Shown piece by piece: positions 9,670 through 19,178 of a stretch of 64,000 nt of DNA; positions within the stretch are counted from its first letter, which is position 1; each line of letters starts with the position of its first letter. The notes under the pieces were generated by a model that did not search any database, was not told the origin of the DNA, and saw only the letters and a list, made by a program, of their open reading frames with translations. The DNA comes from an uncultured Flavobacteriales bacterium. GTDB taxonomy: Bacteria; Bacteroidota; Bacteroidia; Flavobacteriales_D; Sanyastnellaceae. The translations under genes were made by a program, and so were the position numbers. The stretch is taken from assembly GCA_913051865.1 (NCBI GenBank), contig CAJXHE010000002.1:8828-72827 (forward strand), in the 5' to 3' direction.

Positions 9670-10614
9670 ATGTCTCGAGAGACACATTTGGCACAGAAAA
9701 GAACAGTTTGGCTTAAAGCAAAAGCTTTAGAATTGGGTTTTACTTCAGTGGGCATTTCTCAAGCGCGCGAGTTGGTGGAAGAAGTGCCAAGATTGGATAA
9801 GTGGCTCAAAGAGGGTATGCACGGGGAGATGACATACATGGAGGGCCACTTTGACAAACGTCTCGATCCAAGAAAACTCGTCCCTGGAACAAAGAGTGTT
9901 GTGAGCTTGCTGTTTAATTATCACAATCCCGATGTGCCCGCGCAAAATGGCGCCCCCAGAATCTCACAATATGCTTTAGGTAAGGATTATCACTATGTCA
10001 TTAAGTGGAAGCTAAAAGAGCTCTTAAAACAAGCCAGAGCGGAGTGGGGTCAAGTAGATGGAAGGGTCTTTGTGGATTCCGCACCTGTCATGGAGCGCGC
10101 TTGGGCAGAGCAGTCAGGCCTTGGTTGGATAGGAAAGCACTCCCTTTTGATCTCAAAAAAAAGAGGAAGTTATTTTTTCTTAGCTGAAATGATGTTGGAT
10201 ATTGAACTGGTGGTTGATGGTCCAGTTTTGGATCATTGTGGCGATTGTACCAAGTGTCTTGATGCCTGTCCCACTGGCGCAATCATAAAACCATATGTTG
10301 TAGATGGTTCGAAGTGCATTAGTTATTTCACAATTGAGTTAAAAGGTGCGATTCCAGAACCCTATGCCGGAAAGCTCGACAATTGGATCTTTGGGTGTGA
10401 TGTTTGCCAAGAGGTTTGTCCTTGGAACAGGCATTCAGAAAGAACACTTGAGGAAGAATTTAAACCCAAGGCCGGCCTGCTCGAAATGGGTCAAACAGAA
10501 TGGATGGATTTAACGGAAGACGTCTTTAATAAAACATTCAAAGACAGCCCGGTCAAGAGAACGGGTTTTGAAGGTCTCAAAAGGAACATTGCGTTCATTT
10601 CTAGAAAAAATTGA
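9670..10614 (+). CDS. queG: Epoxyqueuosine reductase QueG
   Basis: Two 4Fe-4S motifs, CGDCTKCLDACPTGAI and CDVCQEVCPWN, in QueG-like overall layout. I place the start at the ATG at 9670 (MSRETHLAQ...). The listed ORF start at 9541 would overlap ruvB by 125 nt. Confidence 0.85.
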   Translation: MSRETHLAQKRTVWLKAKALELGFTSVGISQARELVEEVPRLDKWLKEGMHGEMTYMEGHFDKRLDPRKLVPGTKSVVSLLFNYHNPDVPAQNGAPRISQYALGKDYHYVIKWKLKELLKQARAEWGQVDGRVFVDSAPVMERAWAEQSGLGWIGKHSLLISKKRGSYFFLAEMMLDIELVVDGPVLDHCGDCTKCLDACPTGAIIKPYVVDGSKCISYFTIELKGAIPEPYAGKLDNWIFGCDVCQEVCPWNRHSERTLEEEFKPKAGLLEMGQTEWMDLTEDVFNKTFKDSPVKRTGFEGLKRNIAFISRKN

Positions 10615-10634
10615 CATAGAGTAAAACGCGCGCA

Positions 10635-11864
10635 CTATTTCAGTTGTCCCGCAATATAGCCAGTCGTCCAAGCGGCTTGAAAATTGAAGCCCCCAGTAAT
10701 CCCATCTACGTCCATAACCTCACCTGCAAAATATAGATTTTTCAGGGCTTTGCTTTCCATAGATGTCATGTCGATTTCAGACAATTTTACCCCCCCACAA
10801 GTGACGAATTCTTCCTTAAAAGTGGTCTTTCCAGACACTTCGTAGATGTCGTTTAACAAGGTATTCAGAAGTTGATTTAGACTCTTTTTTGAAAGATCAA
10901 ACCATTTCATATCCGGATTTATCTTCACCTTCTGTAGGAGGAAGGCCCACATTCTATTTGGGAGGCCAAACGGATTTGCATTCATGATTTTTTTTGCGCG
11001 AATACTTGCATCCGCCTTCTTTAAAATATCGTGTGCTTCTTCTTCACTTTTTATTGACAACCAATTGATTTGAATTTTAAACTGGTACTTCTTTTCTGCA
11101 AGCAATTTTGCCCCCCATGCGGATAATTTTAAAACCGCAGGGCCACTCATGCCCCAATGTGTAATGAGAACGGGCCCAGAATATTTAAGTTTGGTGCCCT
11201 GTATTCTTACAGTAGCATTTTCCACAACCAATCCCATTAATGTTTTGACTTGATCTCCAGGAATATTAAACGTAAACAGTGAGGGTACGGGGGGCGATAT
11301 GGAAAGACCTAGTTGACGAAGCCAATACGTACCACTTTCCTTGGGACTTCCTCCGGTGGCAATGATGACTTTGTCGAAGTGTTCTCTGGTCTCGTTGTGA
11401 TGTAATGTATAGCCTGTTTTTTCAGGTGTTATTTTCGAAATAGGGTTGAGTTTTAAGAGTTGAATGTTTTTTAATTTGGCTTCCTCTAGAAAACAATCAA
11501 TGATTGTTTGTGAATCATCGGTGATGGGAAACATCCTGTTGTCTGATTCGGCCTTGAGACTGACACCTCGTTTTTCAAACCATTCAACGGTGTCTTTTGC
11601 CTGAAAAACAGAGAATGCCTTTTTCATTTCTTTTTCACCCCGGGGATAAAATTTAGAAAGTTGACTTGCACTGAAGCAGGCGTTCGTGACGTTACATCGG
11701 CCACCTCCAGAAATTTTAACCTTTGCTAAAATTTTGTTTGATTTCTCAAAAATGACCACTTGGGCTCCTTTGTGATGTTCAATCACTGAGAATGCTGCAA
11801 AGAAACCAGCGGCGCCTCCTCCCACAATGGCAACTCTTAAGGATGATCTGTTTTGTGCCTTCAT
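10635..11864 (-). CDS. NAD(P)/FAD-dependent oxidoreductase, HI0933/BaiN-like flavoprotein
   Basis: N-terminal dinucleotide fold VAIVGGGAAGFFAA, an internal GGGRCNVTN motif, and a C-terminal GEVMDVDGITGGFNFQ motif characteristic of the HI0933 family. Confidence 0.85.
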   Translation of the reverse strand: MKAQNRSSLRVAIVGGGAAGFFAAFSVIEHHKGAQVVIFEKSNKILAKVKISGGGRCNVTNACFSASQLSKFYPRGEKEMKKAFSVFQAKDTVEWFEKRGVSLKAESDNRMFPITDDSQTIIDCFLEEAKLKNIQLLKLNPISKITPEKTGYTLHHNETREHFDKVIIATGGSPKESGTYWLRQLGLSISPPVPSLFTFNIPGDQVKTLMGLVVENATVRIQGTKLKYSGPVLITHWGMSGPAVLKLSAWGAKLLAEKKYQFKIQINWLSIKSEEEAHDILKKADASIRAKKIMNANPFGLPNRMWAFLLQKVKINPDMKWFDLSKKSLNQLLNTLLNDIYEVSGKTTFKEEFVTCGGVKLSEIDMTSMESKALKNLYFAGEVMDVDGITGGFNFQAAWTTGYIAGQLK

Positions 11865-11902
11865 ATGTGCTGCAAGTTATATCAGGCAAGAAAAGAAAAC
11901 GC

Positions 11903-12007
11903 AAAAAAAAGCCCTCATGCCTTGTAGCAAAAGAGAGGGCAAAAAAAAGCCCTCATGCCTTGTAGCAAAAGAGAGGGCAAAAAAAAGCCCTCATGCAATG
12001 AGGGCTT
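11903..12007 (-). repeat. Tandem 38-nt repeat in 2.7 copies. On the minus strand each unit is a GC hairpin followed by T8, i.e. stacked terminator-like modules.
   Basis: Copies at 11903-11940 and 11941-11978 are identical (aaaaaaaagccctcatgccttgtagcaaaagagagggc). The third copy, 11979-12005, is shortened to a perfect hairpin: GCCCTCAT, loop GCA, ATGAGGGC. Both flanking genes are on the minus strand. Confidence 0.85.
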
Positions 12008-12188
12008 GGTTAGAAAAAGTTGCATGGATAAGGTCTCCATAGATCTCACCATATCGCTTGAGGCACCAATCTTTGAGTGTGTGAATCTCAGATCTTTTCA
12101 GCCACCGTACACTCTTTTTAAGCTCCTTTGCAAATAATGCTTTGTCGAAACTTACTTTGACGAGGACGGTTTTACAAAATTCTAGCAT
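11991..12188 (-). CDS. Small hypothetical protein (65 aa)
   Basis: Intact ORF with balanced, Lys-rich composition. Its stop codon lies inside the first terminator hairpin. I do not recognise a family. Confidence 0.45.
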   Translation of the reverse strand: MLEFCKTVLVKVSFDKALFAKELKKSVRWLKRSEIHTLKDWCLKRYGEIYGDLIHATFSNQALIA

Positions 12189-12320
12189 TGAATTGAATTA
12201 GGCGATTTATTACCTTCTACTAACGTACAATTTATTGCAATAGTCTATTCAAGGAAAATTAATCCAAGCCAAGTTATCACAAATAAAAGATTGACGTCAG
12301 ACAAAACACACCCCGTGATT

Positions 12321-12932
12321 CTATTTACTCGTGTATTCGTGCGCACCTACGATGATGTAATTCATTTGGTAGACATCGTCTGAATTGAGCTTGAGCTCTC
12401 CTGCAAAGGTCAGCCGTTCATCTGTAGCATATTCTCTAGGTGAATGTCCAGTAAACTGAAGATCGACCACCGTTTCTGGCCCTGCACCGCCACAAAAGAA
12501 ACAATTCGCAAATGGGTAACGACTTAAGACATAGAAGTCTTCGTCGATATCCACTGGGATGACATATCCAGTGATATGGAATTTCCCTCCCTCGAGGTTT
12601 TCTACACTTGGCCCAAATATTGGTTTCCAGTAATAAGCATCTAATTCTTCGACATACACATCTTTAAATTCAACGTCTGTTAAATCCTCCCATGTGAGTT
12701 CTTCAAAACCAAGGGCGCGATCTGTAGCGATGTCATCAGGCGTTTCATCAGACGCTTCATGAGAGGGTTGCGAAGATGCAACAATTCTCATTTTGTCTTT
12801 CATTGCTTCACCTTCAGGCGACGGGTGACACATGCTGCTCCAATCTAGAGAAACGATAGATACCAGAATCATTGCTCCAACAATCCAACTGGATCGGAGG
12901 ACATGAACTCTAGGTTTTTTTAGATTCATCAT
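12321..12932 (-). CDS. DUF3299-like protein, membrane-anchored and periplasmic, partner of the upstream ABC/FtsX pair
   Basis: N-terminal TM segment. The C-terminal part (FHITGYVIPVD...YVLSRYPFANCFFCGGAGPETVVDL) matches my recollection of the DUF3299 pattern. There is a 4-nt ATGA-type overlap with the permease gene. Confidence 0.55.
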   Translation of the reverse strand: MMNLKKPRVHVLRSSWIVGAMILVSIVSLDWSSMCHPSPEGEAMKDKMRIVASSQPSHEASDETPDDIATDRALGFEELTWEDLTDVEFKDVYVEELDAYYWKPIFGPSVENLEGGKFHITGYVIPVDIDEDFYVLSRYPFANCFFCGGAGPETVVDLQFTGHSPREYATDERLTFAGELKLNSDDVYQMNYIIVGAHEYTSK

Positions 12933-14128
12933 TCGTTCGAAAGCGTTTTTGAGATATCCATTCTTAGCGTTCTTTCAGCAGGCAGAGCCGCCGCAATTAG
13001 CCCTACTAAGATAGCAAATATTGCAAGAATAACTTCAGGAGCTATCAACCCGAGATCTCCGATGTCATATTGAAATTTACTCTCTACTTCTGAGGCCAAA
13101 ATAAAGAGTCCTATGCGTGAAATAATCAAGCCGAAAATGGTGCCAAAGAGACTTAAAATCCCCCCTTCTAACAACAGGAGTTTGATCAATGTGAAGGGAG
13201 TGGCACCCATGGTGCGCATCAGGGCAAGTTCATATCTACGCGCTTGCATATTCTCAAAAACAGAAATAAAAATACTCGCAAAGCTGAGGATCATAATCAG
13301 AAGCGCAATCGACCGAAGTGTCGCAGCACCTAACCCAAACTGTTGATTGAGCCTGTTAATTTCTATTGCGGGAAGTGCAACCTGCATATTTGTTTCACGG
13401 AGAAGGTTTGGCAACGTAAGTATGGCCATAGGGTTGCGCTTTTTAAGAAGCACGGCTGTAATTTCTCTTGACGCATAGAGTTCCTCAGCAGAGATGTCAA
13501 GGTCATCGTCTTCGGCATGTACGGCCCAAAGGCTTTCTACGCCCGTTAAAATCAGTTGGTCGATGACAGAATTGCTTTTTGCAAGTATTCCTACAACGGT
13601 AAAAGCCTTGTCCTTGTGTACGTCTGTTTCGTCGGTGAGCCCATGTGAACTGAAGAACTGATCTCCGACTTTCAGACTTGTTTTAGAAGCCACAACATGT
13701 CCAAGTGTGACCTCAAAAACATCCTCCCAAAGCTTTCCTTCAGCGATACTTGCGTCGTAATGCTCAGGGTAGGAATATTCCGTCCCAACAATTCTAAAGC
13801 TTCGGTAATTGTCTCCATATGCAAGCGGAATCCCAGATTCGATATATGGATTTTTCATCACCTTTTCCGCCTCTGCAAGAGAGATGTTTCCAGTGGGCGC
13901 ATCGACATGATATACATTTGCTAAGATGAGTTGGAGCGGACTTCCCTTCGCCCCCAGTACCAAATCGATGTCTTTAATGTTTTTTTCAAACTTGTCTGTC
14001 ATTTGACGCTCGGCGAGCATCATGAGACTCACCATGCCCACCCCGAATGCGAGGAGTATGACACTGAGCGCCGTTTGTAATGGTTTTGAGGCGAGGTTGC
14101 GCCTTGCGATATAGGATAGGCGCATCAT
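12929..14128 (-). CDS. ABC transporter permease, FtsX/MacB-type
   Basis: 399 aa with one N-terminal TM helix, a large extracytoplasmic domain and three C-terminal TM helices (FtsX fold). It overlaps the ATPase gene by 4 nt. Confidence 0.85.
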   Translation of the reverse strand: MMRLSYIARRNLASKPLQTALSVILLAFGVGMVSLMMLAERQMTDKFEKNIKDIDLVLGAKGSPLQLILANVYHVDAPTGNISLAEAEKVMKNPYIESGIPLAYGDNYRSFRIVGTEYSYPEHYDASIAEGKLWEDVFEVTLGHVVASKTSLKVGDQFFSSHGLTDETDVHKDKAFTVVGILAKSNSVIDQLILTGVESLWAVHAEDDDLDISAEELYASREITAVLLKKRNPMAILTLPNLLRETNMQVALPAIEINRLNQQFGLGAATLRSIALLIMILSFASIFISVFENMQARRYELALMRTMGATPFTLIKLLLLEGGILSLFGTIFGLIISRIGLFILASEVESKFQYDIGDLGLIAPEVILAIFAILVGLIAAALPAERTLRMDISKTLSNE

Positions 14129-14796
14129 GAAGCATTTAAGGGATTATGAACAAGACGAGACAGCTCCACGCGGTCTTTGTACCTTGTCTTCAGTCTTGAG
14201 TCATGCGTGACGATGATTAAAGTCGCACCTGCCTTTTCAGTTTCATCTTCGAGGAGCTGTATGACAGATTCAGTGCTTTTGTCATCCAATGCGGAAGTCG
14301 GTTCGTCCACAAAGACCACTGAAGGTTCATGAACGAGCGCTCTGGCGATAGAGGCTCTTTGCTGCTCGCCGACACTTAAATCATTTGGTCTGGCATCGGA
14401 TTTGTGCCCCACGCCAAGTCGCTCTAAAAGTTCGTGCGTTCTTTGCTTGAGTTCAGTCGCACTCATTTCTGTGCCACTCATGAGCGCAGGTAGGGAGAGG
14501 TTTTCAGCGACGGTTAAACTCTGTACAAAGTGAGATTGTTGAAAGACAATTCCAAGTTCACGCCCCCGAAATTTGTCAAGCTGCCTGTCGTTTAGAGAAT
14601 TAAGATCAACCCCTGCAACATTCATCGACCCTGATTTGGGACGTAACAAACCACATAGCAAATGAAGCAGGGTGGTTTTTCCCGTCCCCGAATCTCCCAG
14701 AAGCAAAAGCTTTTCGCCACGATTGCACTTAAAATTAGGAAACGCTATCGCTGCATTGCCACCGTATGAAAATGACAAATCATTTACTTCAATCAT
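14125..14796 (-). CDS. ABC transporter ATP-binding protein (MacB/LolD-like)
   Basis: Walker A GDSGTGKTT, ABC signature LSVGEQQR, Walker B VVFVDEPTSALD, H-loop VTHD. Confidence 0.95.
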   Translation of the reverse strand: MIEVNDLSFSYGGNAAIAFPNFKCNRGEKLLLLGDSGTGKTTLLHLLCGLLRPKSGSMNVAGVDLNSLNDRQLDKFRGRELGIVFQQSHFVQSLTVAENLSLPALMSGTEMSATELKQRTHELLERLGVGHKSDARPNDLSVGEQQRASIARALVHEPSVVFVDEPTSALDDKSTESVIQLLEDETEKAGATLIIVTHDSRLKTRYKDRVELSRLVHNPLNAS

Positions 14797-14844
14797 ATCA
14801 CGAAGTTAAGGTTAGACGAAGATAGTTTGGAGTAGATTCGCAAC

Positions 14845-15228
14845 ATGAAATTTTTAAATCGTTTGACGAAGTATTTAATAGGAGTCATGATAGGTTTGGG
14901 GCTTACTTGGATTATGTTTTCGGAACGCGGCTGTATGGATTGGCTTCCCTCAGAACGTATTCGGAAAGAGATTGCCTTGAGTGGTATTCAAGCTGACAGT
15001 CAAGCCCATTGTGTTTTGAAATGTGGGGGTCTTACAGTAAGTGATCTGGCAGATCTTGGACGATTGGGTGATGTCGATTACGAGAAAAGCGCCACCAGAG
15101 AGAAACCTCGCAGATATTTTATTGAAGGAGGTGGTAAAGTGAAATCTGCCTTTTTTATCATGACAGATACATCCAGTACGGTGACTCAGGTTGTGTTAAG
15201 GGACGTTGAAGAATGCCCCTGTCCTTAG
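14845..15228 (+). CDS. Hypothetical membrane-anchored protein, possibly DUF4258-like
   Basis: 127 aa with an N-terminal TM helix (YLIGVMIGLGLTWIMF) and a Cys-containing soluble domain. The family assignment is only a weak recollection. Confidence 0.5.
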   Translation: MKFLNRLTKYLIGVMIGLGLTWIMFSERGCMDWLPSERIRKEIALSGIQADSQAHCVLKCGGLTVSDLADLGRLGDVDYEKSATREKPRRYFIEGGGKVKSAFFIMTDTSSTVTQVVLRDVEECPCP

Positions 15229-15230
15229 TT

Positions 15231-16781
15231 TTATTCTCCGTCGATCACTAATTTTCCGAAAAGAATTTCATCGTGGTCTATGACATCTACTCGCACGCTG
15301 TAAACTCCCGCAGTAAATCCGCTTGCCGAAAAAGTAGGGTTGTCGCCTGATTCCTTAGGATATAAATCTTTCACGAGTCGTCCAGTTGCATCGAATATTC
15401 TTAACCTACTGATATCTCCTTCAAATCCTAGGTCGACTGTTACGGGATAATTACTTGATGCAGGGTTTGGGATAAAACGTAAACCTTCTTCGCGGAAAGT
15501 TATAGGAGGGTTCAAAGGATCGAATAACAGTTTATACACGAAATATCTGGTGCAGAGGTAGACTTCTCCCTTGTTGTCTTCTCCGAATGCGAATTTTGTT
15601 TCTGTCCAAGGCACAAATCCGCCTTCTACATCAAGGACAAGTGGTTGATCGATCCACCCCCCATTCCCATCGGATATTAATGTGAAAAATTGGGTGTCTC
15701 CAAACCCACATGCGTCAGATAAGATGTAATACCCCTGCAGAGATGGGATGTCTTGTCCGCGGTATACCACCCCTCCGATGACACTGCAGAGGCCATTTTC
15801 GTGAGGGAATGCAAAGATGGGTTCCGTGATGCTATTGTTGGGATCACAATCCACTATGGGTTCATAACAGTCAGGACCTTCCATGAGCCTCCATCCGTAA
15901 TTTATTCCGCCACCACTGCCTCCAGCTTCATAATTGATTTCTTCCCAATCGACTTCGCCCACATCCCCTATATACATGTCTCCATTCTCAGAGTCAAAGC
16001 AGAAACGCCATGGATTTCTTAATCCGTAAGCCCAAATCTCATCTCGCGTATTTTCAATGCCCACAAAAGGATTGTCAGATGGGATTGTATATGGATTCAG
16101 TCCGTGCACATCAATACGCAGAATTTTACCGAGCAACGATTCAAGATTCTGACCATTTCCGATGGGTCCATGATCATCCCCCCCTGAGCCTCCTCCGACT
16201 GCACTGGTTCCAGTAGACCCCCCATCCCCAGTTGAGATGTAAAGGAATTCATCTGGACCGAAAAGAATTTGGCCTCCATTGTGGCCTTGATCAGGTTGTA
16301 CGAGTTCAAGCACTTCATACCAAACCTCTGTGTCTGCACGAAGGTGGTCATCTGTGGTGCCGAAACAAAGGATACGTTCATCAATGAGTTCACCGGTGCC
16401 ATCAGGTCTGTAGCCATTGTAAATGATGTAAAACAGTCCGTTGTTATCGAAATCAAGGTCCAGAGTCATGCCATTAATTCCTTGCTCACTGTTGCTCCCA
16501 AAGTCGAGAATATTTAATCCGGTCGCTCCAAGATCCAGAAACGGTGTATCCCTTACCCCTAATTGAGGGTCCCAAAAATGAACGATTCCGTCATGTCCTA
16601 CAATAAGCAGAGAGGGATTTTCCGTATCGTTCGAAGCGGAAAGCACTTGAATAGATTGATTAACTTCGGCGATACGAATGGCATTTATCGTAGCGGGAGC
16701 GGTTTGGGCGGAAACATTTGAACATATATAGGTCAACACAAGAACTGTTAAGAATGAAAATAACTGCGTCGATTGTGTCAT
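15231..16781 (-). CDS. PQQ-dependent sugar (sorbosone/glucose) dehydrogenase-like beta-propeller with a T9SS type-A C-terminal sorting domain
   Basis: Signal peptide. Motifs HNGGQILFGPDEFLYISTGDGG and AYGLRNPWRF are typical of the soluble quinoprotein dehydrogenase family. The last ~85 aa (FIPNPASS...GVYSVRV...) resemble a Por_Secre_tail domain. Confidence 0.75.
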   Translation of the reverse strand: MTQSTQLFSFLTVLVLTYICSNVSAQTAPATINAIRIAEVNQSIQVLSASNDTENPSLLIVGHDGIVHFWDPQLGVRDTPFLDLGATGLNILDFGSNSEQGINGMTLDLDFDNNGLFYIIYNGYRPDGTGELIDERILCFGTTDDHLRADTEVWYEVLELVQPDQGHNGGQILFGPDEFLYISTGDGGSTGTSAVGGGSGGDDHGPIGNGQNLESLLGKILRIDVHGLNPYTIPSDNPFVGIENTRDEIWAYGLRNPWRFCFDSENGDMYIGDVGEVDWEEINYEAGGSGGGINYGWRLMEGPDCYEPIVDCDPNNSITEPIFAFPHENGLCSVIGGVVYRGQDIPSLQGYYILSDACGFGDTQFFTLISDGNGGWIDQPLVLDVEGGFVPWTETKFAFGEDNKGEVYLCTRYFVYKLLFDPLNPPITFREEGLRFIPNPASSNYPVTVDLGFEGDISRLRIFDATGRLVKDLYPKESGDNPTFSASGFTAGVYSVRVDVIDHDEILFGKLVIDGE

Positions 16782-16788
16782 AGATACT

Positions 16789-16796
16789 TACTTTTG
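16789..16796 (+). promoter_or_regulatory. Candidate Bacteroidota -7 promoter box (TACTTTTG) upstream of the TonB-dependent receptor
   Basis: Matches TAnnTTTG and lies 32 nt upstream of the ATG at 16828. I found no convincing -33 TTTG at the expected spacing. Confidence 0.3.
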
Positions 16797-16827
16797 CTTG
16801 GATTAAAACTTTGCAAATGTACTGCCT

Positions 16828-19176
16828 ATGCGTCTACTTTTCTTGTGCCAATTTGTGATTGCCTCTTCATTATTTTCCCAAACAAACTACACTCTTTCTG
16901 GTCACATTCAAGATTCTTCAAGTGGGGAACAATTAATTGGAGCGACGGTGTGGTGTGAAAATTTGGAAGTAGGTGTGGCAGCAAATCTTTACGGATTTTA
17001 TTCTCTGACGCTTCCCGAGGGGAACTACAATGTGTTCGTGAGGTATATCGGATACGCGACCCAAAGATTTGAGATCAATCTCAAAGAAAACATTAACATG
17101 GACATCGAACTTGTTTCTGGCACAACGCTTTCCGAGGCGGTGGTGACAGGTGAGTCCTTCAACAAGATTGAAGATCAAGTTCAAATGTCAAAAATCACGA
17201 TTCCGATAGATCAAGTGAAGAGTCTTCCTGCAATCGGAGGTGAGGTAGATCTATTAAAAGTCCTTCAACTTTTGCCAGGAGTGCAATCTGGAGGTGAGGG
17301 TACGAGTGGGCTTTATGTCAGAGGCGGCTCTCCGGATCAGAACCTCATGCTTCTGGATGGTGTGCCCCTGTATAGTGTCAATCACCTGTTTGGATTTTTC
17401 TCTGTTTTTAATGCGGATGCGGTAAAAAACATGTCCATTACGAAGGGTGGGTTTCCAGCGCGCTACGGCGGAAGGCTTAGTTCGATTCTTGAAATTAACA
17501 TGAAGGATGGTCACATGAAGGAATATCATGGAGATGCAACAGTGTCCGTCATTGCGTCCAAACTCACCTTGGAAGGACCTATCGTAAAAGACAAAGCGTC
17601 ATTTATGATAAGTGCCAGACGTACTTATCTCGACCTTCTTATTACTCCCTTAATCGCAGCGAATAACAACAACCCAGACGTTACGACTGACCCAAGATAT
17701 TTTTTCTACGACCTTAATGCAAAACTCAATTGGAAGGTGGGCAAAAAGGACAGGCTTTATTTCAGCGCATTCCAAGGGAAAGATGATTTCGGAATTGCGT
17801 CCACAGAGAATTATGGACAAAACACTTCGTCTCTCGATTTTGGCCTGGATTGGAAAAATGCAATACAAGCGCTCCGATGGAATCATGAATGGACCCCAAA
17901 ACTATTCTCAAACGTAACGTTGACAAGATCACTCTACGAATTCAATACCGGCGCTGATGTCTCAGAAACCTCGACTGAGGGAGATTCTTTGAGGTTCGCT
18001 GCATTGTACAATTCGGGCATAGAGGATTTCACGGGACGTGTAGATTTCGATTATGCGCCCAATGCACGTCACTTCGTGAAGTTCGGCGCAAATTTCACAA
18101 ATCATACTTTCAGTCCTGGCGCTACTGCTCTTGAACTGGACTTCGGCGAGATCAATGCCATAGATACGATACTGGGACCTTCAGACATTACCTCCAACGA
18201 TGCCTTCGTGTATATAGAAGATGAATTCGATTTGGGAGATAGGGTCAAAGTCAACCTTGGTGTTCATGCCTCTGCGCTGATGGTGCAGGATACATCTTAC
18301 TACTCACTTCAGCCAAGGGCTGCACTGAACATTAAACTCCCCGGAGGTTACGCGCTGAAATCATCTTTTGCAAGAATGGCCCAATTCGTGAACCTACTTA
18401 CGAATGAAGGTTTGGGACTCCCTACAGACCTTTGGGTTCCTTCTACAGCTAGAATTCGCCCTCAACAGAGTTGGCAAGTTGCCATGGGTCTTGCGAAGAC
18501 TTTTGGAGAAATAGAGGTGTCACTTGAGGGATACTATAAAGAGATGGATGGTTTACTTAGCTACAAAGAAGGGGCGAGCTTTCTCTTTAGTTTAGACAGT
18601 GATTGGGAAGACAAGGTGACTCAAGGAATCGGAAACTCCTATGGTGCCGAGCTTTTGGTCCAAAAGAAATACGGACGTACCACTGGATGGATAGGCTACA
18701 CACTTTCTTGGTCTAACCGTCAGTTCGAAGAGATAAACAGTGGAGATTGGTACCCTTTTACCTATGACAGAAGACACGATCTGAGTTTTGTCATCACCCA
18801 TGATTTTACAGACAAATGGACTGGATCTGCGGTTTGGCTTTATGGTACTGGCCGAGCGCTCACATTAAGCGAGTCGTCATTCGCGACATACATCCCTGAT
18901 GGCTCTGGTACTGGAACCTACACCTTTGAGCCAGAAATACCTTCTGAAAAAAATGCGTACCGCATGAGTCCTTATCACAGGTTAGATTTATCTCTTACCC
19001 GAACAAAAAAGACCACGGATGGTTCGAAACAACTCGTTTTCAGTATTTATAATGCCTATAACAATCTCAACCCTTTCTTTTTACAAACAGATCAAGATGA
19101 TGCCGGAAATCCTGTCATACGAGAGTATGGCATCTTCCCGATGATTCCCTCAATCGCTTGGCGTTACTCGTTTTAA
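16828..19176 (+). CDS. TonB-dependent receptor with an N-terminal carboxypeptidase-regulatory-like domain
   Basis: 782 aa. Signal peptide, then a CarboxypepD_reg-like segment (YTLSGHIQDSSSGEQLIGATV), a plug region (LLPGVQSGGEGTSGLYVRGGSPDQNL), a long barrel, and a C-terminal aromatic ending (...AWRYSF). Confidence 0.9.
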   Translation: MRLLFLCQFVIASSLFSQTNYTLSGHIQDSSSGEQLIGATVWCENLEVGVAANLYGFYSLTLPEGNYNVFVRYIGYATQRFEINLKENINMDIELVSGTTLSEAVVTGESFNKIEDQVQMSKITIPIDQVKSLPAIGGEVDLLKVLQLLPGVQSGGEGTSGLYVRGGSPDQNLMLLDGVPLYSVNHLFGFFSVFNADAVKNMSITKGGFPARYGGRLSSILEINMKDGHMKEYHGDATVSVIASKLTLEGPIVKDKASFMISARRTYLDLLITPLIAANNNNPDVTTDPRYFFYDLNAKLNWKVGKKDRLYFSAFQGKDDFGIASTENYGQNTSSLDFGLDWKNAIQALRWNHEWTPKLFSNVTLTRSLYEFNTGADVSETSTEGDSLRFAALYNSGIEDFTGRVDFDYAPNARHFVKFGANFTNHTFSPGATALELDFGEINAIDTILGPSDITSNDAFVYIEDEFDLGDRVKVNLGVHASALMVQDTSYYSLQPRAALNIKLPGGYALKSSFARMAQFVNLLTNEGLGLPTDLWVPSTARIRPQQSWQVAMGLAKTFGEIEVSLEGYYKEMDGLLSYKEGASFLFSLDSDWEDKVTQGIGNSYGAELLVQKKYGRTTGWIGYTLSWSNRQFEEINSGDWYPFTYDRRHDLSFVITHDFTDKWTGSAVWLYGTGRALTLSESSFATYIPDGSGTGTYTFEPEIPSEKNAYRMSPYHRLDLSLTRTKKTTDGSKQLVFSIYNAYNNLNPFFLQTDQDDAGNPVIREYGIFPMIPSIAWRYSF

Positions 19177-19178
19177 TC

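Noticed and set aside
11903-12007. Possible CRISPR array
   Set aside because: The 38-nt units are directly abutting with no unique spacers, there are only 2.7 copies, and each unit is a hairpin plus T-run. This is a tandem terminator duplication, not a CRISPR array.
11827-12137. Plus-strand ORFs 11827-12042 and 11955-12137 with the repeated peptide MPCSKREGKKKPSC
   Set aside because: They are read-through of the tandem terminator repeat and of the antisense strand of neighbouring genes. The repeated peptide simply mirrors the DNA repeat.
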